NCBI GenBank assembly: GCA_012295275.1
Contig: CM022669.1
Coordinates: forward strand, 2,356,001 to 2,420,000
Source: Chrysomallon squamiferum
Taxonomy: Eukaryota; Animalia; Mollusca
Reading direction: 5' to 3'
Length of the DNA: 64,000 nt
Both the position numbers and the translations under genes were made by a program. Under the pieces are notes generated by a model. That model ran no database searches. It had not been told where the DNA came from and saw nothing but the letters and a program-made list of their open reading frames with translations. Positions 29,540-64,000 of the stretch are shown here, one piece after another (the first letter of the stretch is position 1; every line of letters starts with the position of its first letter).

Positions 29540-30424
29540 AAATGGGTGTAGGAAAAAAGGGCACCTGGAAAAAATGGCGCTTAAAGAAATGGCACTTTGC
29601 AGATTTGGAAAAAATGGCACCCTATTTATTTGTTCTGTATACATGTAGTTGCTTTAAAAAAAAAGCTTAAAAGTACTTTTGAAAATACAGTTTATTCATG
29701 TAATACTGTTACATGCATTTATATTAATATATAACACCACTCAGCCACTTGATTTTGCTTAACAAAGTACAGTATTATATCAGAGTTTAATATTACACAT
29801 ATACACATATATTCATTCATTCATACATACATACATATATATATATATATATGCATGTAATGTATGTATGTATATAGATACACATTCATACATATGTATA
29901 TACACAGAAATATATGTATGCTTGCACATGTATGAAGATGAACGAGTACATTCATACATACAGATGTACCTAGGCATACCAAGGTTAAAATATTCTCCAG
30001 AATGATATTATTCTGTCAGTTCAAACACAATACTATGTGTGTGTGTGTGTGTGTTGTGTGTGTGTGTGTGCATGTGTGTTTATGTGTACACACATACATA
30101 CATGCATCCATACATACATATATATAAGGGGATTGGTTTTGGTTTCCATTTGTTTTGACTGACTGTATAATTATGAACTTTCAAAAATTGCTAAAGATGA
30201 TATTAGCTGCAGTTTTTATTATTTCTGACATTAAATCATTATCTCAAATATTATTCATGCTCTGGGGTTTTTATGTTATTTTTATGAGCAATAATGAATT
30301 GATTTTTCACCTACTACAAACAACTAAATGTTAATAAGTATTCAAAAATATTATTTCAGGTGCCATTTTTTTTCCAAATGCAGTTTTATTTCTTCTGGAT
30401 GCCATTTTTTTCCAATTACCATTT
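29540..30424. mobile_element. Foldback/Mutator-like non-autonomous element with TIRs made of tandem GGAAAAAATGGCAC sub-repeats
   Basis: The left arm has 4 sub-repeats (29551-29620). The right arm has inverted copies GTGCCATTTTTTTTCC (30360-30375) and ATGCCATTTTTTTCC (30399-30413). Termini AAATGG/CCATTT; interior is TA/TG/CATA microsatellite-rich. No clean TSD seen. Confidence 0.65.
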
Positions 30425-31397
30425 ATTCTGTACTATATTAAATATACCCATGATGATATTTATTGTTTAGTTGTGTGTACTAAATGTTTTAAATTATATT
30501 ACATGAAAATAAACTTATTTACCTTGATGCTAATTAATGTAAATGTTTTCCAGTATTAATGATACAATTAAATAATAAATGTAACATTACTGTAAATTAA
30601 TTCTGACCATCACTGAAGAATTTAAAAATGTCTATGAGGAATTAAAGGCACCAAACACATTGTAAGTATTGCGGCACTACTTTTAGGGGAAAAGTTTCAC
30701 TGCAAAATGGAAGAAAAGTGGTCGGGTAAGATTATTTTTGAAACGCAATATGTTGAGTACAATTTAGTATCTATTCAAAAGATGGAAAATGTTGAATATA
30801 TTACCTCTTCATAATTGACAATAATAAAAATTTACAGAAAATAATTATTCAGTGGACTTCGTAAGAAATATTATAATTTTTTTTTTTTTTTTTATAACAT
30901 CTGAACTATTTTGTTTTGACTGTCATGCATTTATAGTTCTAGAAGATTAACAATCACGTGCGATGTCGTCATGAAACTGCTGATAAATAAACGAAAAACG
31001 GGGTGATAAAGGATTAAATACAATACAGATAATCTACCCACAAAAAAAAAAAGTTAAAATAAATAAATAAATAAATAATAATAATAAATAAATAAATAAA
31101 TAAATAATAAAACTGAAAAATATAATAATAATGAACAATAAAATAAAATAAAATAATATTAAATATTAAAAAATATGTGATGAAAAGCATTTTAAAAACG
31201 CCAAACAACAATAGTAGTAATAATAAAAACCTCATACAAATCCCCCTCCCCCCAAAAAACCCCAACAAAAACAAATAATAAATAAATAAATCATTTATTA
31301 TATATTTTATTAGTTAATAAAACATCATTATCAATCGGTAAAACATTAGTTGTCAATTCAATAATAAATTAATGTTTATTGATATTTTACTGTAAAC

Positions 31398-31428
<31 letters not shown>

Positions 31429-31578
31429 TTAAATAATATTGTTAAATGATTTGATGAACACCCAGGAATGTGCACTGAAAGATAAAATATTCACCCATAT
31501 CCAATCCTCCAAAAAATATATTATCAACCTGGATTATTTATTTATTTATTTATTTGTTTATTTATTATTAGTATTAAC

Positions 31579-31596
31579 AGTACTAGTAGCAGTAGC

Positions 31597-31630
<34 letters not shown>

Positions 31631-31641
31631 CTAGTAGTAGT
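31579..31641. repeat. (TAG)n microsatellite
   Basis: Read directly from the sequence. Confidence 0.9.
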
Positions 31642-32075
31642 CGTACCATCATTATCATCTAACAGATGGGATGATCAAAATAAAATGATTACTCACGAAA
31701 ATTCAGAGGATGTCGCTCTGGTCCAGACGATGGTAACATGGGTGATATTGCCCTACATTTATTTAAAGCAAAGCATATCTCACTAGTAATGATAGCGACA
31801 CAACTGGTATACAATGACTAAGTGACTATAATAATTAAAACGCAAATAATATTTTCATCTTTTTATTTATTTATTATTATGAAACTTTTTTCTTTAATTT
31901 GTAAAAACAGTGATAATAAAGAGCTGCACATAAAATGTAAGACAATTGGGGAATGCGAAAATTTTGCCTCTGGCGAGATTTGCGGACTCCACAAAATTCA
32001 TAGTGATTTCATATAGTGATTCGCGTTTTAGGGTTGTCCTAAACTTGTAACTTACTATATTACAGAGAAATCGAA

Positions 32076-35000
32076 ATGGAAGGTGTTGATGCTATTTCCG
32101 AAGTAGCTGAAGAAAATAATAAATTTCTTAAAACTGACCATTCACCGAGGAGCCTTGATTTTGCAAGAAATTCAACTATAGATTTATCAGCATTAAATAA
32201 TAAGGTTATGTGTCTGTCAATTTTAAATTACACTTACAATGTTGCATGCTCATCATACGTAGATACTGCCATGTGGTTAACTCAAACCCAGGCTCCTTAA
32301 CCCCATTATATTTCGTCCTTTGCAGATAAATTTAAATTATTATTATTATTGTTATTACTAAGCTAATTTATAAATTAATATACGTTTTAAACTTAGAGTT
32401 ATAAAGACAAACTGAATTAGATTATTTATACTTAATCTAAACTATTTTGGTACTAGTGATGCTATTTTTTTTATTATTATCATTATAAATTATAGAATAT
32501 CTTTGTAAGACAAACATTGAAACAACATCATAAGATTAACAACTTCATTTTGTGAAAACAGTTGTAGTTTTATACATATAAAATTTCACACTGTTCCAGA
32601 AATATGTTTTTGAGATAACATTGTTTGGATGTAAATTTAAAAACATTTGCCAGATTTATTTGCATACAGATGGCTTGTGCAGCAGACCTAATATTAGAGC
32701 ATCAGTTATTTTAATGCTTTTTAAATCAGTAGTTGTCTTTTGACTGTGGATGTAAAAATAAATTGTTTTGTTATTTTTTTCAATTTTCAACTTGCTATGA
32801 GAATAATTAGAAGAATTCTTGTTAACAAAGGTAATTGTTATCACAAGTTTACTGGTGAGAATTACATGATAAAACTGAGTACTCGACAATAAACAAAAGT
32901 TATTTTTTGGTCTCTGATGTTAATCAGTGTAACAGTGCCTCATTTAGGACCAAATAAATTTACCTGCCAATATTATATTTAAATAAAATAAAATAAAATA
33001 AAAATATTCCAATGGGAACAAGTTCATTTGAGATAAAGTGATGTTAATGTTCATTCAAAAAGTCAAATAATTAATTTTTGAAGATAATTTCCAATTTTTT
33101 AAATTTTATTTTCAGTCTTTATTTAAAAACCCCCACATTTAAATGTCATATTTTATTGATGATGTTTGTAACATAAATTTCATTATTGTTTTAAATTTTT
33201 TTTTTTTTTTTTTTCATATTACACAGATTGTCAACATGAGGTCATCAGTTCGCCAGGCTAAAGTTAGAGTCATTCATAAACTAACACGGAATATTGAAAT
33301 GCTTAAAAAGAAAAAGTAAGTGTTAAAGCTATATGTAGTTCTTTATTATATTTCAGACAATGACAGGTTAATATTATTGATTATTTATAAGTTAAAAATG
33401 CTTCAAACCAGAAAATATTAACTAAAAAATTACCAGAAACAAAACTAACAATTCAAGATGCTAAATATAAAATATTGATTGAAATAAAAATTAAATTTAG
33501 ATGTTTCAGCCTGTTTTTTTCAAATTGAAATTATTCGTTTATTTATTTGTGTTTGATTTGCTGATCTTCAGAATATTGTATCAGTGGTTTCCTCACAGTT
33601 TTGTGATTGCTAGTAAATTTTAATTTGTCAGGGATTGTATTTCATTTGTATATAACAAATCTTATTTATTATTTTACTTCAGAGGATCAGAAAAACAGCT
33701 GGATAAATTAAAATCAAAGTCTGAAAGATTATTAAAAGAAATTAAAATGATAAAGGTAATTGCTCTTTTTTGTTAATGTTACATTTTTGCTTTCTGTAAG
33801 ATAACATGAAATGATTCAATAAAATGTTTATGCATCACTGATTTTCTTCACGCTGTTAACAAACTAGAGGTAAAGGTTTTAACATCCCTAATCTTTAGAT
33901 CATTCTCACCTTAATGGTGAAAATATTTTTGCACTTGCTCAAAATATGTATTCAATTTTTTAGTTACCGCCCCCATATAATTTAAGTTGTTATTTTTATA
34001 TATTTGAGAAAGTAATTTCTAGAGAAAAAAACAATATGTTTCAGTTTTCTGTTAAGTGTAGAGATTTATTTTATAGAAATTAGAGATTTCTTTGGTCACA
34101 ACTGTTGGTTGTTTGATAAAAATATTTGGACACGGAGTAGAGTTATCACTCTTTGTTTAAGTCATATATTCATTAACGAAATGCATGTATATGTATGTAT
34201 GTATGTGTATATGTTTGTAAGTTTCTGTATCATTGATAAATAAAATTACTGTTTATTTTTAAGTTAACAATACTTTAAATAGAAACTATTAGGAATAGTA
34301 ATAAAGACAAACAAAAGCTTCATGTTCAAAATGATTCATTTAAATAGAATTTCTGTTATATATGTAGAAAAATGGTGATTAAGATTTTATGAATGCAGCA
34401 AAATATGCTAATCTTTTATTCATATTTTTATGGTATTTATTGGACAAGACTGTAGTGTGTTTCCAGTGTGCTTACTTAAATTTCAGTAGCAGGCTTTTAT
34501 TTGTAGTATATGAAAATGATATTAAACCTAGTAACCTTTAGTATTAAATTGTGCCAATTTTTATTATTATTATTTATTTTTTGTTACAGGGTGTAAATCT
34601 TGATAAAGTTTCAAAATATGCATTATGGAACACATCCACATTGGAAGACATTTGTAAACAGGTAATTTAAGATTGCCTTATATTTTGATTTTTGATTTTA
34701 AGAATTTTATATTGTTATTAATTACACAAGGTTAAAACTCTGTTTGACTGACTGGAAAATTAGTTTAAGAAAATTGCTAAATCCACTTATGAAATGTATT
34801 TTCCATTTATTAAGTAAACTTGTGTTTCTTTCTTCATAAACAGCCAGTGAAGCCTTGTGAACTGCAGTGGATACATTTATGTAAATTAATACATCTGTTA
34901 TCTATAAACAGCCAAATTGTGTTGTTTTAAAATTAATTATAAAAAGTCAGGTCATTAAAACATCTTACACTTTTATGCCTTTTGTTTCAAATTCTTTAAT

Positions 35001-36863
35001 TGGTTAGTATAAATTTAAGCAGATAATATTTAATCAGATACCATATACGTATGTTGATCAAACAAAATATTCATCTTTTAACAGTTCCTGTGAAATCTGA
35101 ACATACAGAATGTATATAAATTTCATTTCATATAAAAAGATCAGTGGTTTATATTAAAATGTTTTATTTCAGCCATCGTCAAGTATTGAAACAAGAGCAC
35201 TGACCCGTCTGGCTGAGTGCAGCATCATTCAGGAGAAAGTGAAGATGTTTCGCAGTTCTCACAGTGACTGGAAGTCTCTGGCAGCCTATCTGGTAATGAA
35301 ACAGAGTGGACGTAGATACAAGAAGAAAAAGAATCGTGATAAAAAAAGTTCTCATGCTGAAACCACTAACATCAAAACGAGACACATAATGACAGACACA
35401 TATTTGCAAGAAAAACTTGACAAAAATAAAATGTCTTCAAACTGTACAGAAAACAGTGAGTTGTTCTGTGATAGAGAAACAGAAATTGAGGAACTGGTAG
35501 GGGATGGCTGTGTTGTACCTGAGGAATCTGTGATTAACATATCTAAGAAAGATATGGTATCTGTAGAAAATAAAAAAGATAAGATGAATTCCAATAAATT
35601 AGCTTCCTTAACAAACCGTCTTCTTAAGTTTTTCCCTGATAAAACTGAGGATTCAGATAGTTCAGACTGTGAAGCTAACACAATCTCTGTGCATCCTAAA
35701 AACAAACCTGCAGACACAGCCATTGAAAACTTAAACAAGGACACAGTTTCTGAACAGTCACAAATCATTGTCACTGACAGTGTGGACTGTAAAACCAATG
35801 ATCAGTTATCTAGTGGGAAAATTTCCACACAGATGAGCAACAGTGGAAATAAGGATTATATAAATCAACATAACATGGAAAGAAAGAAAATAGCTGAATC
35901 GTCAGAAAAAATTGAAAATACTGAAAGTTTGTGTTCCGAAAGTGAAGATGAAGAAACAAGTGAACATTCAGCTTCTGAAGTATCTGAGTATTTAAATGCA
36001 GAAAAGAATCAAAATACAAATTCTTTGGCTGAAGTAAAAAGACAGAAGGGTAACAGACGTACATATGGAAATAAAAATGAGCTTGCAGATACTAAAAGCA
36101 ATAAGATGACACAACTGTCATATAAAGATGAAACAAACCAAGATGGGAAAGTCAAGTTGACAGAAAATAAAACAGATATAGTGAGCAGTGCTGAAATTGA
36201 AGAATCTGAAATGAGCAGTGAGATGTCTGAACAGAGTGAAGAAGAAGAAGACATGTCAGAATTATGTGTTAGAAAACAACAGATGAAAAACAAAGCATCA
36301 GAGAACGAGGCCAAACCTTGGTCAGTAGACACTGTCAGTAAAGAAATGGTTATTAAGAAATTAAATTTGGAAACATTTAGCAGCAGTGCAGAAGGTGATA
36401 TTCTAGACATTGATGAGACTCCGCCAGACTTTTTAATAAGTACAGAAGAAGTTTCTCATGCAAAAAAAAGGAAGAAAGATCCTTTTTTTGAATGCAGTGA
36501 TGATGAGGAAGATGACAATGATGTAAACAAATCAGTTGTCACAGAAATAAGTGGTGAAGTAGATGACAATGACCTTTCTCATCTCCAACATCTTCAGAAG
36601 GCAAGACATGCATTTAAGTCTGACTTTGTGGATAAACTTGGAAGTAAGGGTTACAGGAGATATGACTGGTCTAAAAATAAGATGATGCAGGGTGACAGAA
36701 TGTCCACACATAGGAAGTCTGGTAGCATTGCTCGAGGTGGTAAACGATATGAGAACCAAAATAATAAAAATTATAAAGGCAGTGAAAGGGGATTCTCAGA
36801 CAGAGATGAAGACAACACTGCAAAGCCATGGGGAAAACAAAAGACCTTTCATAAAGGGTCAGT

Positions 36864-36899
<36 letters not shown>

Positions 36900-37477
36900 T
36901 CTGTCTATATATACACATACACAGAATATATATATATGTATGTGTGTATTTTCATAGTAATAATACATTTGGTTCACTCATAATTTGTTTTAAATATTAC
37001 TTTACAAGTTAATATTCATTTCTTACAGAGGACATGACTACAGCCAATCCTATGAATTGAAGACAGGTGTTAACAAAGGTCAAAGAGGTAGATTTCTATT
37101 AGAATATACATTTTCTTTAATAATTACCATATGTCACTTCACATTCAGTAAATAATAAATATGCAGATAATTTAATATTGATTTTTCTTAGATTAAATCT
37201 TTTTATAGTAATGGATACATTTTTTTAACATTTACAAACTTTAACCATAACTGTGTTTCAGATTAAAAAAAAATATTCATGATTAAATATAATCATTATT
37301 TTAAAAACAGAAAGGAGATGTTAATTAACTCATTTATTTTGTTTTGTTTTTCTGACAGAGTTCTCTAAACAGTCTAATAATGAAGTTCTCCATCCATCTT
37401 GGGAAGCCAGCAAGAAACGCAAACAGCAGGTTTCTATTCATGCATACCAAGGCAAAAAGATCAAATTTGATGACTGA
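32076..37477 (+). CDS. SRFBP1: Serum response factor-binding protein 1 / BUD22-family nucleolar protein, 7 coding exons, ~741 aa
   Basis: N-terminal [39 protein letters not shown]...[10 protein letters not shown] and diagnostic C-terminal BUD22 motif [29 protein letters not shown]. Exons 32076-32204, 33227-33315, 33683-33755, 34590-34661, 35173-36857, 37029-37087, 37359-37477; phases consistent, total 2226 nt. Confidence 0.93.
36868..36898. repeat. (TG)n microsatellite just downstream of the SRFBP1 exon 5 donor
   Basis: Read directly from the sequence; explains the spurious CVCV tail of ORF 35239-36957. Confidence 0.95.
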
Positions 37478-38729
37478 GTACTGATTACAGACACAGGATA
37501 ATAGTGTTGATGATTTTCAAACATTGCTATCTTCACTTTGCATCAGATGGTCTAAGTCAAAGGATAGAATGGTGTCAGAGAATCAAAGGGTTGTTGGGTC
37601 AATTCTTCCTGGTGTCATGTATCCTGTTCAAAAATGAACATGGTACATTCATGCATTCCTGTCCAAAGGAAATTTTAAATAAAAGGTTTCATGCTCAGGG
37701 TTTTCAAATTGTTTCTGATTAGAGGGGTTTAGGTCGAAATAGCTGGGACCCTAACCTTTTTATTACATCAAACATCTAACAGAAACAGTAGGGAGTCTGT
37801 GAGATGTTTATTTTATTACTGGTGTGCATTTTAGCATTTGGGTTATCTTCAGTATATATTTTTTGCAGACAGTTCTACAATCTGTTTCACTTGAAATTCA
37901 CAAATTAAACGTAAACAGAAAACAGGAGAACAAATTAATAAATTTACAAAAAAAAAATCCAGTGAATTTTAAAAGTATTTATTTGCTAAAAATATTAATG
38001 AAATGTAAGTGAGAGTAATGGAGTTTTAATAAACCTGGTATTGGTAAGTAGGCGTTACTGTTACTTGATCAGATTACTTAAAATCATGTGATGTCCAATA
38101 TCAATGTAGCTTATATACTTTGTGATGTATCTACACAGTAGATTTTACCTATTTTAGCTAGGATTTAAAAAAAAAAAAAAAAATTACATTATGGTGTTTT
38201 ATCAAATAAGATCCTTGTTTTTAATATATTTGGATCAGTTGTAAGAAATTTGAATTTGTCCCCTGGAGCAACTGGTATAACAGAATTTGAAATAAAAAAT
38301 TATGCTATCAATAGATCTACACAGACATCACATATACAATAAACATTGCAGTCAGCTAGTACAAACACGCATGCACACACATACATATAACATATATACA
38401 CGTACATAAATAATTCATATATAAACACATAAAAGCATTTATGCATGAATATACCTATCTACCTACATACATACATACATACATATATTTATATATATAT
38501 ATACGTGCATTTTCTTTGTACACAATACAAACAAATGTATAAACACACACATTCATTTGGATTCTCTTTTCATATTTCTCTATCACTTTGTAATTTGTAA
38601 GAAGACAGGTACAAAGTTTTATGTATAAAGTGAAGTAGCACGTATCGTGTAACTTATTGCCATTCTTCACGTGTTTGTGAATAAATACACTTCTCTTTAT
38701 TAACAGCAAGACACAACCTGTATATTGTA

Positions 38730-38780
38730 ATATATACATATACATACATACATACATACATACATACATTACATACATAC

Positions 38781-38813
<33 letters not shown>

Positions 38814-38828
38814 TATATATATATACAT
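38730..38828. repeat. Compound (TACA)n(TA)n(CA)n microsatellite
   Basis: Read directly from the sequence. Confidence 0.9.
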
Positions 38829-39112
38829 GAAGATTCACATACGTAAATAACCAATCTTCACATAAATGTACGCCAGAAACAGTATTTTGTGTACAGAATA
38901 ATTAACTGTTCATTAATTTCAAAACTGTGAAAGTGAAAAATATACTTTTTCCAAGTGTAACTAAAGACGTTTGTTTTTGGTTTACAATGACCGTGCTTCA
39001 TCTCTAAGACCTTTGAACCAGGGATATGCATACATTACTGGGTGTAGATGAATACCTGTGCCTGGCGTACCGATGTTACGGCTAGTATATATCTTACTAT
39101 GGGGAATTATTT

Positions 39113-39137
39113 TGGGGGCGTGTTTGTATATTATAAA
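39113..39137 (+). promoter_or_regulatory. Putative core promoter of the SRCR gene: KLF/Sp-type GC box (GGGGCGTG) followed by TATA-like TTATAAA
   Basis: Motifs lie about 105 and 85 nt upstream of the ATG at 39220; motif match only. Confidence 0.4.
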
Positions 39138-39219
39138 GTTTAAATACTGACTCGGTATTGTCATAACAGCGACTAGAAACTGAAGAGTGAAATTAAATGA
39201 AGTAACTTTTGTCGTAAAC

Positions 39220-61928
<22,709 letters not shown>

Positions 61929-62050
61929 TAATATTTTGAATTTTAATATAACCTCTATTATTGACATATAATAGTTTCTATTATAAAATAATACTCATTT
62001 TTTATATCGTGGAATTTCTTGAATTAGTACTCTTTGTTCCCAGTTTTGTT

Positions 62051-62169
62051 AATAAATTTTTACTTTGATTTAATTAAAATACAGCAACGGACACCTGAGA
62101 AGAAACCAGTTTGTGTCTTCATTATCTGTTATTTGTAAACATTATGTAACTGAAATATGTGACAATAAA
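62051..62169 (+). promoter_or_regulatory. Candidate polyadenylation signals of the SRCR gene (AATAAA at 62051 and 62164)
   Basis: Hexamers 120-240 nt after the stop; the second is followed by GT/T-rich sequence. The AT-rich background lowers specificity. Confidence 0.4.
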
Positions 62170-63138
62170 TTATATAAGAATGTGTATTATAATGTTTTAT
62201 TTGTATTTCGTCAGAATACCATCTACAACAAATTATTAATAAAAAAAAATAATGAAAGAAAGAAATTAATGAATTAATAACAAAAACAAAATAGTACCAC
62301 ATATTCTAGCATAGCAACATAGGGTAACGTCATGTAACATATAATAAAAGTGTAACAAAATGTAACATAACCTAACTTAAAAATAACATGAAATATTATA
62401 AAATTAAAATATACGTTAGTCTCTCCCTGTGTCTCCTTGTTCTGTCTATCGATACGTCTGTCAGTTGATCTGTCTGTCTCTCTGTACCGCAGATAATGTA
62501 TCCGCGTGTTTCAAAGTTAGCTTTGTTTCGATATCAATAATTAGGAGAGTTGTTAATATCTAACATTACTTTAATAAAATAAAAGTAATAATAATAATAA
62601 ATAACAACAACAACAACAATAATAACAGTAGTAGTAATAATAATAATAATAATAGTAAGTAAATATATAAATAAATAAATAAATAAATTAATAAATAAAA
62701 TGAAATAAACACTAAAATAAAAATTGAATTTCAAATTAAAATTAGTTTAGTGTAAAGCACGGACTGAATACATTTTCTACCGGTTTTTTCGCCCTGAAAC
62801 GTTGTGTAATATGACATACCATCGTTGGCGATAAGCTTTTTTCTTCAAGAATCGTGTTTATCCACACACATTCAGTCACACACATAGCACAAATATGCAC
62901 ACATACACAGATATTTTACGTTCTTTGATAGATCAGTGATTGGGAATCTGCGGTAACAGAAAATTGTCTAATGGACAAATCAAGCAGGATTAATCTTTAG
63001 ATCCAAAACAATCGTAGATAAACATCAACAACAAAAACAAACAAAATTAAACTTGAAGTATTAAGTATCATTTTATTATAACTTGTCAATAGTCTTTCCT
63101 AACAATAAAGTATGTTTACATTTTACTATTTATTTAAT

Positions 63139-63445
<307 letters not shown>

Positions 63446-63855
63446 ATTCATTCTGCACTTAAATCAACGCAAAGTTTTATTTCTCAGTTTGATATGCGGA
63501 TATAGGGCTGGAGATGCGGTCAACAGTTTTAAAAAAATTTATGTCAGTTCCTGAATAACTAAAGAAATTGCTTTGCTATGACGAATCGTTTTTTTTTCTG
63601 TTTTTTTTTCCGTTTATTATTCGTGTATCTGCAGACATAAATACACCTTCATGCTTGGTCGAATTCAGCAAACACAGTTGGCCAAGTGTGTCGAGTCCTA
63701 CCCGACACAATAAAAACGACGCCAGCCTCGAAGTACCTGCGCGGTCGGGGTGGTTAGGCTCATACGTTACTGTTCCGTTCACTAGAGTATCCTGCACCAG
63801 ACAAACTTCTTTCACATACACAACTACTACGACGTTATATTTCAGACCTAATGGA

Positions 63856-63940
63856 ATGAAGATGACGATGAGGGTGATACTCAGTTTAACACTGCTGTCT
63901 CTCTGCAGATATATTCACAGTCAGAATGAAAAGCCTCCAA
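63856..63940 (+). CDS. First (signal-peptide) coding exon of a downstream secreted or membrane protein gene, possibly a tandem SRCR paralog; gene continues beyond the window
   Basis: MKMTMRVILSLTLLSLCRYIHSQNEKPP followed by a consensus phase-1 donor CCA A|GTAAGT. Same layout as exon 1 of the SRCR gene (MK..hydrophobic..SQ...P. A|GTAAGT). Confidence 0.6.
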
Positions 63941-64000
63941 GTAAGTCTCTTTCTTACTACTGGTTTATTTACTTTTTCGTAATTTGGAATGTTGTGTGCA

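Larger units (their letters stand above)
29300..32075. promoter_or_regulatory. Divergent (head-to-head) promoter region of DENND4 and SRFBP1
   Basis: The two genes point away from each other. CpG is locally retained relative to both gene bodies. E-box CACGTG at 30955-30960; CAAAATGG motifs at 29258-29265 (-) and 30703-30710 (+). Confidence 0.5.

Noticed and set aside
35352-36759. Minus-strand ORFs overlapping SRFBP1 exon 5, and antisense or off-frame ORFs over DENND4 and SRCR exons
   Set aside because: They are shadows of real coding exons with no independent motifs.
63576-63821. Minus-strand 81-aa ORF
   Set aside because: No recognisable domain or splice context; better explained as the CpG-rich promoter/5' region of the plus-strand exon at 63856.

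Overview
AT-rich, microsatellite-dense animal genomic DNA. It is probably a mollusc or other invertebrate, but the taxon cannot be proven from the sequence. I reconstructed three complete intron-rich genes by hand, checking splice phases exon by exon. (1) A minus-strand DENND4/Crag-family Rab GEF (34 coding exons, 376-23941, about 1914 aa). (2) Divergently transcribed SRFBP1/BUD22 (7 coding exons, 32076-37477, about 741 aa). (3) A giant plus-strand type-I membrane scavenger-receptor (SRCR, DMBT1-like) gene (34 exons, 39220-61928, about 3019 aa, 26 SRCR domains). A fourth signal-peptide exon at 63856-63940 looks like the start of a tandem paralog. The most striking signal is the receptor architecture. 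Two canonical SRCR domains cap a hidden 3-domain super-repeat (X-Y-Z)x8. The repeat includes an 8-Cys variant with a vicinal CC pair and strongly Arg/Tyr-rich cationic domains, and all domains are bounded by phase-1 introns. The protein ends in a Ser/Thr stalk, a TM helix and an NPxY tail. Also present are several MITE-like elements (one inside the DENND4/SRFBP1 divergent promoter), a 40-bp tandem repeat that quadruplicates a splice donor, an exon-like DENND4 segment with a CGG instead of CAG acceptor, and local intronic duplications. No rRNA, tRNA or CRISPR array was seen.
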